DNA of 64,000 nucleotides from Antedon mediterranea (lineage: Eukaryota > Animalia > Echinodermata), in NCBI RefSeq assembly GCF_964355755.1, contig NC_092672.1, positions 31,688,437-31,752,436 of the forward strand, in the 5' to 3' direction. This document shows, piece after piece, positions 41,501 through 56,500 of this stretch; position 1 is the stretch's first letter, and each line of letters begins with the position of its first letter. The notes under the pieces were generated by a model, which saw only the letters and a list, made by a program, of their open reading frames with translations, had not been told where the DNA came from and did no database searches. Made by a program: the position numbers and the translations under genes.

Positions 41501-44500
41501 GTTACTTCAGATGTTCATTGCTGATGCTAACGAAAAATAAGTGAGGTTATTATCATTGTTTTATAACAATAGAAATGTTAAACACGGAGCCATCTTTTAA
41601 GGCAATCTCTATAAAATCCCCCCAAATTTGTGCCCTGGCTCTCTGGGACTATATTCAGCCATGCAATACATTTTTTTAAAAACAAAAGATCAGTGTAAAA
41701 AAGATGTTAGTAAATCATTCTTGATTCAAATATTATAATTTAAGTGCTATATGTAAGAGACCATTTCAGTCTCTTTCAGTTAATGTCAGTCGACAGAGGA
41801 GTGAGTTGTCTATAATCTGAGCAAATATTTCATTGGAATAACTAGTACATAGATTCTCATGCAATTGCATAAAAATACTTAATTATTGGATTATCAAAAA
41901 CATATTTAAAAAGATTATATAATTAATTAAGAAAATATTTTAAATATAGAAGAAAACTTAAATCTATAAACAATAGTGACTGTGAGCTTAACCATTACTA
42001 AAATCTTTTAAACTTCAATCAAAACAGAGAGATACACCTTCCACATTTCCATCAGTTATTTTTACTTAATTTAATTAGCATTTGTTATGTGTTAGAAGAC
42101 AAATTTGAATGGATATATTCCAAAAAACAATCAAGAAAAGGTAAACTTCATTGGTCATTGACTCTGGTATCAATTGTAATGTAACATTTCCCAGATAAAC
42201 AGCAACGCATCATTGACGAGAACTGCAATTGGCCCAATTGTACAGACCTATATATTTGCCTCTTTCTGGCACTGGGATGAGTAGAATTACAATATTTCCT
42301 TTTTATAAATTATAGCTATCAAATATAAACAAAACAGGATATATTAGTTTATGGGAAAAAGACTACTCATAAAACTGAAGTACTTCAAAGAAGAAAAACA
42401 GGGAGACTTGTCTACACGCAAAGATCTTTTTCCCATGATTCGTAATCACTACTCTGTAAAAGTAAACTTTTCACTCTTTTTTGAATAATTGATGCTATGG
42501 GTAAAATTTCAGCATTTAATTTTTGTTGTGGTTGACAGGTAAGCAAACAGAATAGGATTGATGTTCGACTAGTCCATTTTGGGAAGATCTTGCTTCTCGG
42601 ACTCCTTGCTGTTTCTAAAAAAACGGTTTGAGTTTTACAAGCAATTTGAGGACCTTAAAGCAACATTGTGAAATGATTTCAGTTACACTGCATAGCTCCC
42701 TCTAGAGGACACATTGAACTATACGTTTAAAATCATAAAAGAAAGTTTCTAAACTAAAAACTTGTTAATTATTTAAGTATTTCTAAGCATAAATTATTAA
42801 TTTAATATTTAACTATGATATACAGGTCAAATATAACTAGGCCATAGTATCCAGTCAACTTGTGTAAATTCAAATTCCTTTTCTTCTTTAGAAGATCATT
42901 TCAAAAGTGTTTAATTCCAAATTCTATGAAAGTTATTAAATAAAAAAAGTCCATAACAATATGTTTTCATTCAGCATGCTAGCTTTTCCCCTTGCTCCAC
43001 TAACATGCAAATTTAAGACATGCTAAGTGAAACATACATACCAACACATGTTCGGCCATCGGCATGTAATTTCTGCCCTTCTGGGCACTCACACTGGTAG
43101 CCTCCAAAGGTATTTGTACAAGTGTCTGAACAACCACCATTGTTGATCTCGCATTCATCAATATCTAAACAAAGAGGCAATAAATATTTTAAAATTTTAT
43201 TTGAAGTAACCTTTTTTCAATGTTCATAGCCATTAGCATACAGTAGTAACTCACCACTGATAAGATGGATAAACTATGTCATGCTTAAAACCAGGTCTCA
43301 ATTAAGGCTTAAGGTCTGTCTATACTATCAAACTTTGTCACACAAAATGTGCGATGTGCCCAAATATAGTAGTAATATGTCCAAATATGGTAGTGATATG
43401 ACATTATCATAGTCATATATGGGCACATCACATTTTTTTGTCACATTATGTCTGATAGAGCATAAGGTGTACAATGAGCGAGTTACAGTCATGGTCAAGA
43501 TTAAATCCTGGAGTTACAGTTCCACTACACGGGCCTAAAATGTACAAAGTACTGAGTTTCTACTGATGTCCTATCTGTTGCATTATTTATAATTTTCAAG
43601 GGGGAGGAAGAGGTGGCCTGGGCTGGCTTGACCTGGGCTGACTTGGCCCTCCTTGAATCCACTTATCCACTTACCAATACAAGAAACTCCATCTGATGCC
43701 AATTCATGACCAGGTGTACATTTACAATAGAAGCTGCCAATAGTATTGCTACATGACCCTTGACATCCGCCGTTGTTAAATAAACACTCATTCGTATCTG
43801 AAATGATAACAATTAAACTCTTCACATTATTCATATACACATCCTTCAGATGAGATGATAAGCCATTGGTCCAGTCTTCATAAGGTTCAATACAGAGAAT
43901 GCCAATTTAATATTTTCCTGAATTCGGAGAACCATAAATAGGAGAAAAAGGACACAATATGCAAAATAGATAGATGGTTGCTAAATCATACCCTGTTCAT
44001 TATGACTTTTACACAATGATGCTAAGAGTGTAATATTTGGGACTTTTATTCAAAATAGGAAATGTACCTCTTAGCCTGAATCATCAGTCAAAGCATGAGC
44101 TACAGTATCAAAGTTATATCCTGCTAAATGATAAATCAGGCGCTTAAGGAAAAACCAATTAAAATCAATTGTCTAGCCAAAACACAGGTCTATACAGTAC
44201 ATCTATATTGGTATCCAGCAACTAAACATAATAATCTTGAAATTTTAAGACTACCAATCACAAGTCAACATTACACTTGTATTGACTTTGGGAGTGGTAT
44301 CGGTTTTATTGTTTTTGCAGTTGCCTTCGAACAGCAGTAAGCAATCAGGAAAAACCTACAGTTAGTCTGTTGACAATAATTGAGCACTCTCTTACTAATC
44401 CTGGTAATAATAAATATAAACATTCTTTAAGGAAACAAAACAAAAGGGTGTTTTATGTAACTGAAATTTAGATGCAAGCAAATTAAAGACGCGATAACTT

Positions 44501-47500
44501 TGATGTAAATTTTATTGGTTTTCAATTACTTTTTAATTATAATCATAGTGACTTGTATAAAATATTTAAAACTTTTATTCTATTCAAAGGAAGTACCAAT
44601 TTGTTATTATAATTATATGCATTTCCTTTTTATGCATAATTATTTAGTTTATTTTTAACACCTATTTCCATTATGTTGTTGAGAATACATTACATCCCTC
44701 CATCTATCTCTTGCACATATGCATTTACTTTCCATTGTGCTGCCAATTCTATGAAAACGCATATTAATCTATGAGTGCTGTTTTCATTGGATATTTCAAC
44801 ATTATCCTACACTTCGTGGGTAAGGGCTTATTTTGGTTTATCCAGGTAAGTTGGCACAACAAAAAATTTGAAGCCAAGTTAATTTTTCTAGTATTAAGTA
44901 CAAACTTTAAAGATAATCTGTATTCTTCTTTTCATTTTTTCTTTTTTTTCTGTACAACAAGTGTAACTCTAGGATTTTCTGAAAAAGGATCTAGACCAAA
45001 AAAATTTTAAATGGGACTGACGCCTGCAAAATATCAAATGAGCCACACTGGGGCCAGCTAGAACCAAGGCCTGGGGACATGACACAACTCAAGGGCTTCA
45101 CAATCTTGGGACCACTCAAATTTCCATCAAGTCCCACCACGAGACTCAATAAAATATAGCTATTGGCCTAAAAATACATAAAAAATCTATAAACTTCAAT
45201 CAATTTGAGTGTAACTGTATAAATCTCAGTCAGGCCTAGGGTTGATTTGGTTTACCTCAATTAAACAGTGGGGTAAATTTGACATCACAGTCTACCCTGG
45301 AGCCAATAAACCAATAATAGTATATTGTAAATGAATTACATAGCAAAAACCATATAGTTATATCATAATTATATTATATTGGCGTACAGTCTACGCCTTA
45401 GGTGATAAATACGTCTTCCTTAACTCAGTGAACTTCTACCCATGCAGATGTTTTATGCATCTCTTTTCTATACTGGTTTCCTAAAGGAATTCATAAGAAA
45501 GGGTGTTGATATCATCATACTTCCATGATATTTCAAATTATAACTAATTGTTTTCTCTATTTTGTAATATTTTTTTAACTTTAGAAACTTTTTCGAAATT
45601 GCTTCCTTTACTGTTGGTGTGTGTGTGTGTGTGTCTGTTGATCTATATGTGTTTGTGTATTTATATGTTTACATTTATATATATAAGTATATAATCTTTT
45701 TACATGGCTTCCCAACATACAAGTTTCAATTGGATTTTTTTTTTTCCAATTGATCGATATTTTCTTGGGTTTTTTTGCCTCTTTCATTTTGTATATAACT
45801 GAATCATCTTTTTATACATTATGATTTACTGTATTATATCTCTAAAAAAAAAAATATTTATTTATAAAATATCAGAAATTATAATGTTTTTTACTCAAAT
45901 ATGAATGAAAGAAATAAATGTTTATTTGAATTTGAATTTGAATTTGAATATCATTGATGTTTTATAAATATAGTAGACCATGAGGTCATCTAACTTGTAG
46001 CAAATTCTAGTAAACGTAGGAGGTGCTGGTAGTGTACAGCATGTATTATCATCTCTGTGAAACATTAAGTTATTGAGAACTACGAATTTCTTGGTAATGT
46101 ATGGAATAACGCCAGGATCCAGGGCATTGCCATAATGTGATGTGTCCAAATATTTATTTATTTATTTATTACGGTATATATAAAATTACAAAAACAATAG
46201 CACATAGCTAATAACGTTTGTATTACAATAAAAAATATTGAAATGAAATCTATAAAAACTACAATAATAAATTCGGAATATACAATTACAAAATTTCACA
46301 ATTATTCACTAAAATTTAAAATATTAAGAATCTTAAAATATATACACAATTTTGGAAAATACAATTGCACTTTTATTTAAAAAAAAACGAAAAATTTACA
46401 TTATAATATACTAAAGTAAAACCTATCTGCACTGTTCTTTATTTGATTATTATTATTATTATTATTATCTTTTAGTATAGGTGGCAACATTGCACAATTA
46501 TTCACTAAAATATTCACAACATTAAAAATCTACAAAAATATATTAAATTTCGGAAAATAAAAGTTTACAGTGTATATTAATATTAAACGTTGTCTGCAGT
46601 GCTCTTCATTTGATTATTTTAGGCGGTAATATTGCACAATCATTTATTATATATTTTTTAAATTTCATTTTTCACAGGAGGAATTTAATTTGTTTATAAT
46701 ATAGGGAATCGTTGAATTTTTATATCGGTTAGTTTTTATTTTAGGTAATGTAAATCTATTGGGGTTACGTAATCTAGATATATTAGGTCTTTCAGCAGGC
46801 AGCATATTACGATGTCTCTCTGACTTAAGGATACCTTCTCCAAATTTTAATGTTAATTTTTCTCTACGTTCAGCAAGGCTGGTAATTTTGAGTTGAGTAA
46901 GGGCCGTATCATAGCTCTCATAGTCCTGGCCAAGTATAATTTTGCATGCTCGCTTTTGCAACCTCTCAATTTCATTGGTCTGTTGTTTTGTAATGCTAGA
47001 GTGCCAAACAACACATGCATACTCAGTCAGCGGCCGAATATAGAGTTGATAAATACTTAACATGTCACCAATAGGTGCACTATATCCTCTCAATGCATAA
47101 AGAAGAAACATTCTTCTACTTGCTCTAGAGATAATACTTTTGATTTGGATATCCCAACCTAAATTGTCTTGTAGCTCAAGACCTAATAATTTCATACTAT
47201 GTACAATATCAATTTTTTCACCACTTATAGTAAATTGGGGGTAGTTTATTTGGGATTTCATAAAATTTATATTAATAACATGGCACTTCGAAGGCTTGGG
47301 TAGCATGTCATTTTGTTTACACCAACAACTCAAGGAATCTAAATGGGATTGAAGTTCTGATGATGTACTATTATTTTTTATATTAATTATTTCTCCCAGT
47401 GTTAGATCATCCACAAATTTCCAACGATTATCAGTGGTGTTACCCGCATCATTCACCATAACAGTAAATATGCTGGGTCCCAGTTTGGTACCCTGGGGGA

Positions 47501-50500
47501 CCCCACACGTTATAGTTCTTAGTCCAGAACAATGTCCCTTAAATTTCACACACTGGGTGCGATTCATCAGAAAACTGCTAATCGTTGGAATTATCGACGG
47601 TCTAACACCAGATTCTATCATCTTTGAAATAGCAACATTATGGTTTATCCTATCAAACGCAGTTGTGAAATCAACTGTACATAATGTGGCGTAGGTCCCT
47701 GGCACATCAATATTGGATATAACCGTATTCAACATATCTACTAAGTAGTGTGTTGTACTAGTTCCTCTCACGTTACCATACTGTTTACAATCCAATACTG
47801 GTTTGAAATCCGTTTTTAACCATCCCGCTAGGAATGATTCAAATACTCTACCCAATATTTTAGTTAGTGAAATAGGTCGTAATTGGCCAACCATTGTCGG
47901 TTTTTTAACTTTAGGTACTGGTACAATTGATGCGGTCTTCCACACAGTTGGAAACACCCCTTCGTTTAGACAGGTATTAAAGATTAAAAACAGGGGTTGT
48001 GCTATTTCAAAAGAAAACAGCTTAATGAGTTTCACCGGAATATCATCTGGGTGGCCAGATTTATTGGAGTTTAATTTGTTTAAACTCTTCCAAATTTCTC
48101 CATGGTATATTTTGGGGGGTGGTTTTGTAGGCAAGTACGAGGGAAGTGTTTCCAATCTGAGTGGTGGAAGCTGGCAACATACTCTTGAGAAATGTTCATT
48201 AATTTGTTCAGCCTGTTCTTCAACAGATTCACCATAATTATTTAATTTAACATTGTCTGACTTCTTGTTATATCCTGTGATGTTTTTAATTGTTTTATTC
48301 CATTTACCGGGTTGTGCATTTTTTAGTCCTTCTATATTATCCTTATAATGTTTCTCTTTAGCTTTGTTAATTTCATACTTTACTTTGTTTCTTAGGCTTC
48401 GCCATAAATTTATGGCAGTGATGACATTATCAAGTCCTTATATGGGCACATCACATTTTTGTTTGGTCACATAAAGTTTGACAGTGTAGACAAAGCTTTA
48501 GGAAAGACCGAACCGAAAAGGAAATAATTATTTTGTTGGTAAATATAATAAAATCTGAATATTCTTCAATACATAGTATTAGTTTTAATAAATTGAGACA
48601 ATTTTAAATGAAGGTTAGGGGTTTTTTGACCATGGTATGATTGCCAAATATATTATTCAATTACTTGAATTGTCTAAATTTATAAAATCTTTTTGTAACG
48701 TTTAGAAATAAAACCAAAGATGGTCATGTTACCTTATTGATGACATACTAGCGTCACACTCAGGTATGGCACTGGTACTTATCCATATCGTTCAATTAAT
48801 GTCAAATAAACAATGTAGGGGATCACATTATAATGTTATTGAAAAGCAGTCAACTGTGTAATTACCTTGGTGACATCATGAAGGAAAAAACAATGTTGTC
48901 TACCATTTTAAGGCCATTTAAACAAAACTAATGTTACCTCCATAAAGAATAACATTTATTATGTTACAAAAAATCATTCAAGCATGTTATTTAACAAGGA
49001 TCGGGTTAACTGAATGTCATACCAACATATTAATGGACCAATTGAAATATATAGGGCACCAATATCATTATAACTAAACTCCTACCGTATCTAGTTCCAC
49101 TGAAGTGTCTACCAATGAGAAGAATGCTATCTGACTTGCTACAATGTTTTAAATTGTTTTTGAAGAAACCCTGTTGGACCCTAATAATATATATTATACA
49201 AAGTGAGATACAATTCTATAATAATACCTAGGCAAAGATATAAGATATGTTTTTTTTTAATGTTTGTACTTTATTACAGTAATGCCTACTACAGAACATA
49301 CTTGACAGTGTTGACCTATTCTATAATTTAAACTTAATGCAATAATTGTATTATATGTATTTATAACTTGCAAAAGAATTCACTTCCTATTCAAATGTAA
49401 GTGAGTCAGAGTTTGTTTAAATGTGATAGAAGATAAATTATAATCATTCATTTATTTCATTTTGATCAAACGGCCCAGGGGCTACTGTATCTCTAACCAT
49501 TTGGTACTTGCAATCCCTGGAACAACATAAACTGAACTGTTGTAACAACAATTTTATATGCAAGGCACAGCTTTGAACTTTTATTGATGGTGAACCTCAG
49601 TGTTATATTTATGTGGCGACAAGGAACATGCAATATTAGAAAAAGTTAGAAATGTATTGCATTAAACCCCATACACTTGCTATGAACCCCTTTTTGCCTT
49701 TTTCAAATCTACAGTTTAATTCAATTCAATTCAATTTATTTATTGCTGCAAATGCCATCAAGGGCTAATATCCGCTTAAACATATTACATCATACAAACA
49801 TAATTATACATATTTATATTTAAAATTTAAACACATATATTTTAGTCATTACTACTGTAGTAGTTATTATTATTTGTAATTATTGTAATTATTGTTATTA
49901 TGATTATTGTTTAGCAGCCAAAATATTGTAAATACCTAACTTATTACAATTTTGGCAATTCCAGCTACTATTCATACAATTACTGCAACCAATTTTTCTT
50001 CTAATAATAACAGACAAGGTACGGTCTCCTCTCCTTGTTATAGGGCTCATGTATACATATCCCCATAGAATGACATGTTCTTTTTGTAAATTAATGCTGG
50101 CTAACATTGTCAAAAAGGAAAATATTATAATACAGCCTCATTTTTGCTATAGTACGTTTGTATGAGGCATATAAAAGCATTCTATTTGAGCACATCTTAT
50201 AAATAAAGAGAATTTTATTGTAGAAAGAAGGATTTTCATAGTAGATGTTATATCACCTATACACATATATGGGTTAAAAGGCACTTGGCTTGATATCAAA
50301 CAAGTATTACCTTTAGGCCTACATCCATAATATAAATTACTATATACTTTATGCAAAAAAAAAAAAAAAAAAACATGTGAAAACGCTGAAAGAAATATGG
50401 ATATTTTAGTTGTCAACGACAGGTTAACGACCTCACTATATGTTTGATACCTCATGGTGAAATGTAATACAGCTATATAGCCTGTAGTTTATTAATTAGA

Positions 50501-53500
50501 AGTGACATAGTTCAAGCTACAGTCAACAGCGATAACTAGTGTAGGTACTCGTTTCATATCGGGTAGGAATAATATGTATATACACTCCTAGGGTAGTCTT
50601 ATCCAAATAAAAACACAGGCCTACCTTGTTATTTTAGAGCCTGAACAATTCTGGCCATTGGGATAGAAATCTCTAGAGAAAGGCAAATACCTAATTAAAT
50701 GGTGTGGGGTACTACATGTTAAATGCTGCCTAAGGGACTCTCCACCACCTATTTATTGTAAGCCTTGGGTCAGAATTAAAATTTAACGAACCTTATAACT
50801 TAATTCATTATTAATGTACAAAAACCACATTGTTAATATTATTTTAGGACAATGAAAATGAAACAAATTGATGCATGCTGTTTTATGCTAGCTACTTCTA
50901 CCAGGTCTTTCCTCAAAGTACATATCCAGCTGCCAGACTTTACAGGTAATAAAGCTAGCATTGTGTGCGTAGCATACACATTTTACTGTCTGAACAAAGA
51001 TATAGATTAGCATAAGACAGCAGCTAGATAGGACAGGAGGACTACTTTGTGATGCCATGGATGCCATGGATGCTATTGATGATTGCCTAGTTCGAAATGG
51101 TCTCTACTACTCAATGTTAGAAGCTCTGGTTGGTTTTATAAACAACAGTAGATAGAAATAGATGTTGACAAAAACATCACCACAAACAGAAGAAAGTTAA
51201 TAAAGAATTTTTATAATCTTATATTTGTCTAAAACCACAATGCTAAATACAACTGTCAATATTGGTTCCCAATGAACCCTAGGCATATGAAAAAACACAC
51301 AGTGTTAGATTCCTACTGAAAAATCAATAAGAAAAGTAAATAAACACACTTTCTATAAAAAAGGACATCTTAGTTAATATAACTGTCTGTTAAATCATGA
51401 ATACTACTTAAGGATGTCTAAGGAGTTTTTATTCTCAGGAGATTGGAGAGGTTTAATCTTTCCACAATGCATTTGACAATTAAGAGGAAGTGCTCTTCGG
51501 CCTATAGACAGAAATATAAAAGAATGATTGCTCTAAAGGGCAATACACTCTGGACTAGTAGTTGGCCGCAATTCCAATCTGGTTCTCTACTTTTATTAAT
51601 TCCAGTATAAATTTAAACTTACTTCAGAATTATTGAAAATTGAAAAATTTACAAAATTCTTCAACAAGCATATGACTGCCAAACTATTTTATTTTTCAAA
51701 CTTCTTTTGTTTTAATCTTATAATTTAATTACAGAACATAACCTCCTTTATATCTTTCAAGTACATCTGTCACTGCTAACTCCTTTGTGCTAACCCAAAC
51801 TACAACACATCTCTTCACAAATGCTAATTTAACAATCATAATAATCAATCAAAGAGTAAACTTCCAGTAAACAAAATTACAAAAATAATCTATTTCTGTT
51901 CCAATTTCATCATTTATACACAACCGGCTCCTTTAACTTTCAAGTACTTCTATCAACTTTGACACCAACCTTAATCTTTCTGAATCTCCAACTGTACATC
52001 TCTATACAATTACTAGATCAAAGTAAACAAAAATAATCTAGCTTTCATCGTTTCTGTTCCAATTTCTTCAGATAATTTTATACAAATTACCAAAATGTCA
52101 TAAGGTTCAGGGTTTAAGGAATTCAATAGATAATCAATGAAATATTTGAAGAAAATTGGTGCCAAAACTCAATCAAATTTGCCGAATGACCCAACTATCA
52201 GTAAATGTTGACATTAGGGTAAGTGTCTCTAGACAGAGAACCGCCAGACCTTATCAACTAGCTATTCACACATTGGCCTACTACTATTATTTCACTAGTT
52301 ATGCAAGATGCCTTTGATGTTATTAGTAATTTTAGAAACAATTAGCAAATATGATATCCAAGAATTGATCTAAAGTGTCTTTTTTGCCAATCTATCTGGA
52401 TGTGGCTTCTCCTAAGATTGGTCTTTCTCTCAAGGATGCTCTTTCAAGTTCTCTTGGTTGACCAATGGCTTGCATAAGGAATTTCCCTATTGTTGCAACA
52501 ACCTGATCAATTTAATTTTGGTGGCTATGGCACTGTCTTGTTTGGCATTTTCTTTGCCCTTTTCTTTGCCATCAATGTCTTTTCAACTATATTGTTCAAA
52601 GGTTTTCATGGTGAATAAAAACTAGTAAGTAAAGTTTGCGGATACATTTTGGCTGTTATACTACAACCACCTTCTGGATTAATGCTAATGTTGTTGGCAC
52701 AACAACCTAAAACATTGAGACATTTTCTTTACTTTTTTCCCCCTTGGAAACGCATGGTGTACCTACCACAAACCCCCAATTTTACTAGTCTTTTTTTGTT
52801 AACAATTATAATAAATGTGAAAATGTAAAAGACAATTTGGAATCAATTCAAAATCCATGACAGTAATATCAATCATTATACTATCAAAAACTTTTGCTAA
52901 CTATTTAAATTTAACGAAGACGACAAGTTCAATGACTATCAAGTTTTTTTTTTCAGTACAAGACACACAAGATAATACAAGGAATGGCAACACTATTCTT
53001 TCGGAAGAATTTGATATTTGACAAAGAACAAAGAGTTGTTTGAAAGTCTCTACTTGTTGATACTGTTCCGACACATTCTCTTGTGCTATAGTCATAACCC
53101 TCTTAAAAAACACTAAAAAGAAACACTTCAATGACACTAAATCTTGATCCAACCACCCAACGTTTACTGAATGATCTTTATCAATGTTTATCGTCAGACA
53201 ATCTACTACAAACTTTTGGCACACACTTGATAGTGTTTACTTAATATCAAATTTGTTAATTCAATGCTTATTGTTAGGTTTCTTTTCTTTTATGATGTTA
53301 GTCCACTGGCGGATTATCTAATCATCAGACAATCTCATCCTACACAAACTTTTGAAGAACACTTTAGGAGAGTTTATTTAAATTAAATTTGTTAGTTTGA
53401 CGATCCTTTCTTTTTGTGAATAAACTGAGAGATATATTCAAACATCGCTACACTCCACTTTTCAGGTAACATCCGTTATTATATTAAGGTAAACAGATAA

Positions 53501-56500
53501 CTTCAAGTATAAAAGGTGTATTTAAATAAGATACAATAACACAAAAGCATTAACCTACAAATATTGTTGCAGCAAATATTTGCCAAATGACTTATTTTCT
53601 CGGCCTACACATGAGCAAACAATCTAACATAAACAGTAAATCCATACTACAAAACAACCTGATCAAATTAGTCCTAAACATATCTTTAAATGTTTAGATA
53701 TTTAATCAATCAGCAAAGGAAAAAATTATTTCTAGCAAATTTTTCAAAGTTATAATAAAAGTTTGAATTATTTGTACCTAATAATGAGTTTTGACCAATT
53801 ACTTTTAATTAACTTTAACAAAAACTGTTAGTTCCTAAGAAAATAAATAGCTCATTTTCTCCAAGCATGTTTCTGTTATCAATTTTTTTTTCACTTCTGA
53901 ATCTTCTTTTGCAATCAGTTGAAACAATGTTGCAGAAAGATAATGCTCCATAAATAAAGAGATTTATAATATACCACTTTGGCAACTTTTTACTACAATT
54001 TCGCTCAATAAAAAAGTTTCACTTCTTTATTCAGTCCATTGGTCACGCAAGGTCAAGTACTTGACCTTGTAGGACAAATATAATTGTCTATGGGATGCCA
54101 ATCAAGGATTTGATGAATTACAATACAAGATATATATACACTTTGATAATAAATAAATAATAAATAATTCGCATCTTCAGACAGCGTGGACCCAGGATGG
54201 ACACTTTAATGCCCGAAGCAAAGGCTGAAAAATGGACTCGACACACATGCTTTGACAGATATGAGATAGATTAATGGCCCACTTGTTATAATTTGAAAAT
54301 GATGATAGACTAAACATGGAGTAGAAATATATTCTAATGTCGGCCTATCTCTAGAACCAGAAATAACAAACTTACAATGTGCTATAAATCTATGGCTTGC
54401 ATTCTAAAAATGTAACTTGCTTGTATAATATTGATTTCATTTAAAATAAAATATAACATGCATAAATATTATTATATGACACAAGTAACTCATTTGTTTT
54501 AGAAAAAAAACTTTCCCTAAATTTAAATACAAGTTTATTCAAACTTTTACAACAGTCTCAACGAAATATAACAGTGTCACTATTACAAAGTTCAGCAGCG
54601 CGGAAGTTACTTTTATTGTTAAGTTCTGACCGTTGGTAATTCCTAAATCTGAAGTTTAGACTAAACTGAAATACTTTATTTTCATAACTTATTATAAAAA
54701 GGTGTTAAACAATTAGTTCACAACACCTTGACCTGGTTCCTCTTTCATCGGAATCATTTTCTAAATACAATTTATTGTAACTTTCCTGTGAATTTGAGAC
54801 TTTTCTTCAATATTGCAAGCTTATTAGTAGAATAGATTGTAGTGATATTTCTGTTCGGTGACCTTGAAGTCTGGGTTGTTTCTGTGCTACTGGATTACTG
54901 AACCTGCAATTTTAATCCGGATCATAAAAGCCTAGCTTGTTTCCATAATCTCCAACATTAAAATTTGATTTGCGATTTCTAATGCTAAATTGAATCCCGA
55001 GTAACACTCTATAGGTTAACAAAAATGTTTAAAACTAGGCTAAGTTACTTAAAAATATATTCATATCTGACAAGTTCAATTTATGGGGATAAAAGAATTT
55101 TACAAAGCCCATTTTTCTTACCAAAATATACTTTTTAAACACATTGTATATGTTTAAATTGCCTTTGTTGAATCTGTTGTCCATAAAATGTTGACAGCAC
55201 AATTGTAGGCCTAAAATCAACAAACAAGTACATTGCATTCTATGTCACAAGTTCTAATATCAATCTTATTTTATGACAGCATTAGGTTAGACAATAAAAC
55301 AATATTTCTTACAGAATATTAATTTAAATTATTTATATTCATACTAATAGTAACAAATTGATCATTCTATATATCACGTTTTTATGAAGGTGTGTGATAT
55401 ATATCAAGCTATTATGCAAATGTAAATTTCTCTCTTAAAAATTGGCATCTGGTATCATGGACACGTAACTTAAATAGCAGTAAATGACAAAACGTGAGTG
55501 ATGAAGCGTGAAATGAAACATTGACAGTAAACGTCAAAAGTAATGATGCGTAAGCGCTAAGTGTCAATCTTAGAATTGATCAAGATCATTTACTACTATC
55601 AGTAACAGATCATTAACCAATAAACCTACTTCAAAGGACTTCACTAATTAATTACTTGATTGTGGATTTAATTCAAGGACCTGTGGTTCTATCATAGAGT
55701 ACTTGAAAACTCTCAAGATACAAGAGACTTTATTTGTCTTTGTGAAAATAATTTCACGATTGACAGCAATTCTAACTAAAAAGATTTTACAATAGAAATT
55801 TAATTGTTTTGGGATTCCATGGAGATGCCTATAGTTCAATACAGGAACCTTTCTCCTCTTCTATAATAATAATAATAATAATTGAATTTGAAAACAGAAA
55901 ACTTGATGACCTAATATTGTATTTTGAACAATGCTGTTTGATTGTGGTCACATGGCATGCAATAGTATGCACTATTGGTTGTTCAATAGTACTTTTCTCC
56001 TCTTTTCTCTCTCACTGACCTAATCCTGGAGTATTAGTAAATTGAATAATTATAATTAATTATGAAAAATATAAATTAATTTATTTCATGACTTGGACCT
56101 GATTTTCTACTTTAATAAGCAGGTGACTTACCATTAGACCACATAGGCATGGCCAAAGGTATATACACAAACGTATCTAACTCGTAAACATTTTCATCTT
56201 ATCTTGTCAATCTATCATTTTATCCATGCCTTTTAATCAATTGCATTATTATACCTTAACATTAATAATGTAATGAGAGTGCCGACTAGTCAGCATGAGT
56301 TCCAACTAAACACCTTCACATAATATTGGTGAAATAAATAATAAATAAATAAAGCAAGAAAACTATCCACCTATCCAAGGACAGAGTGCAATACAAGACT
56401 TCTGAAAAGCAAATTAATTCTTTGCCTTTTGCAATCTTCAGACTTGATTGTTTGTACAAGGGGATCAACGGTATACTTTCTAACCTGCAGAACCACTTGA

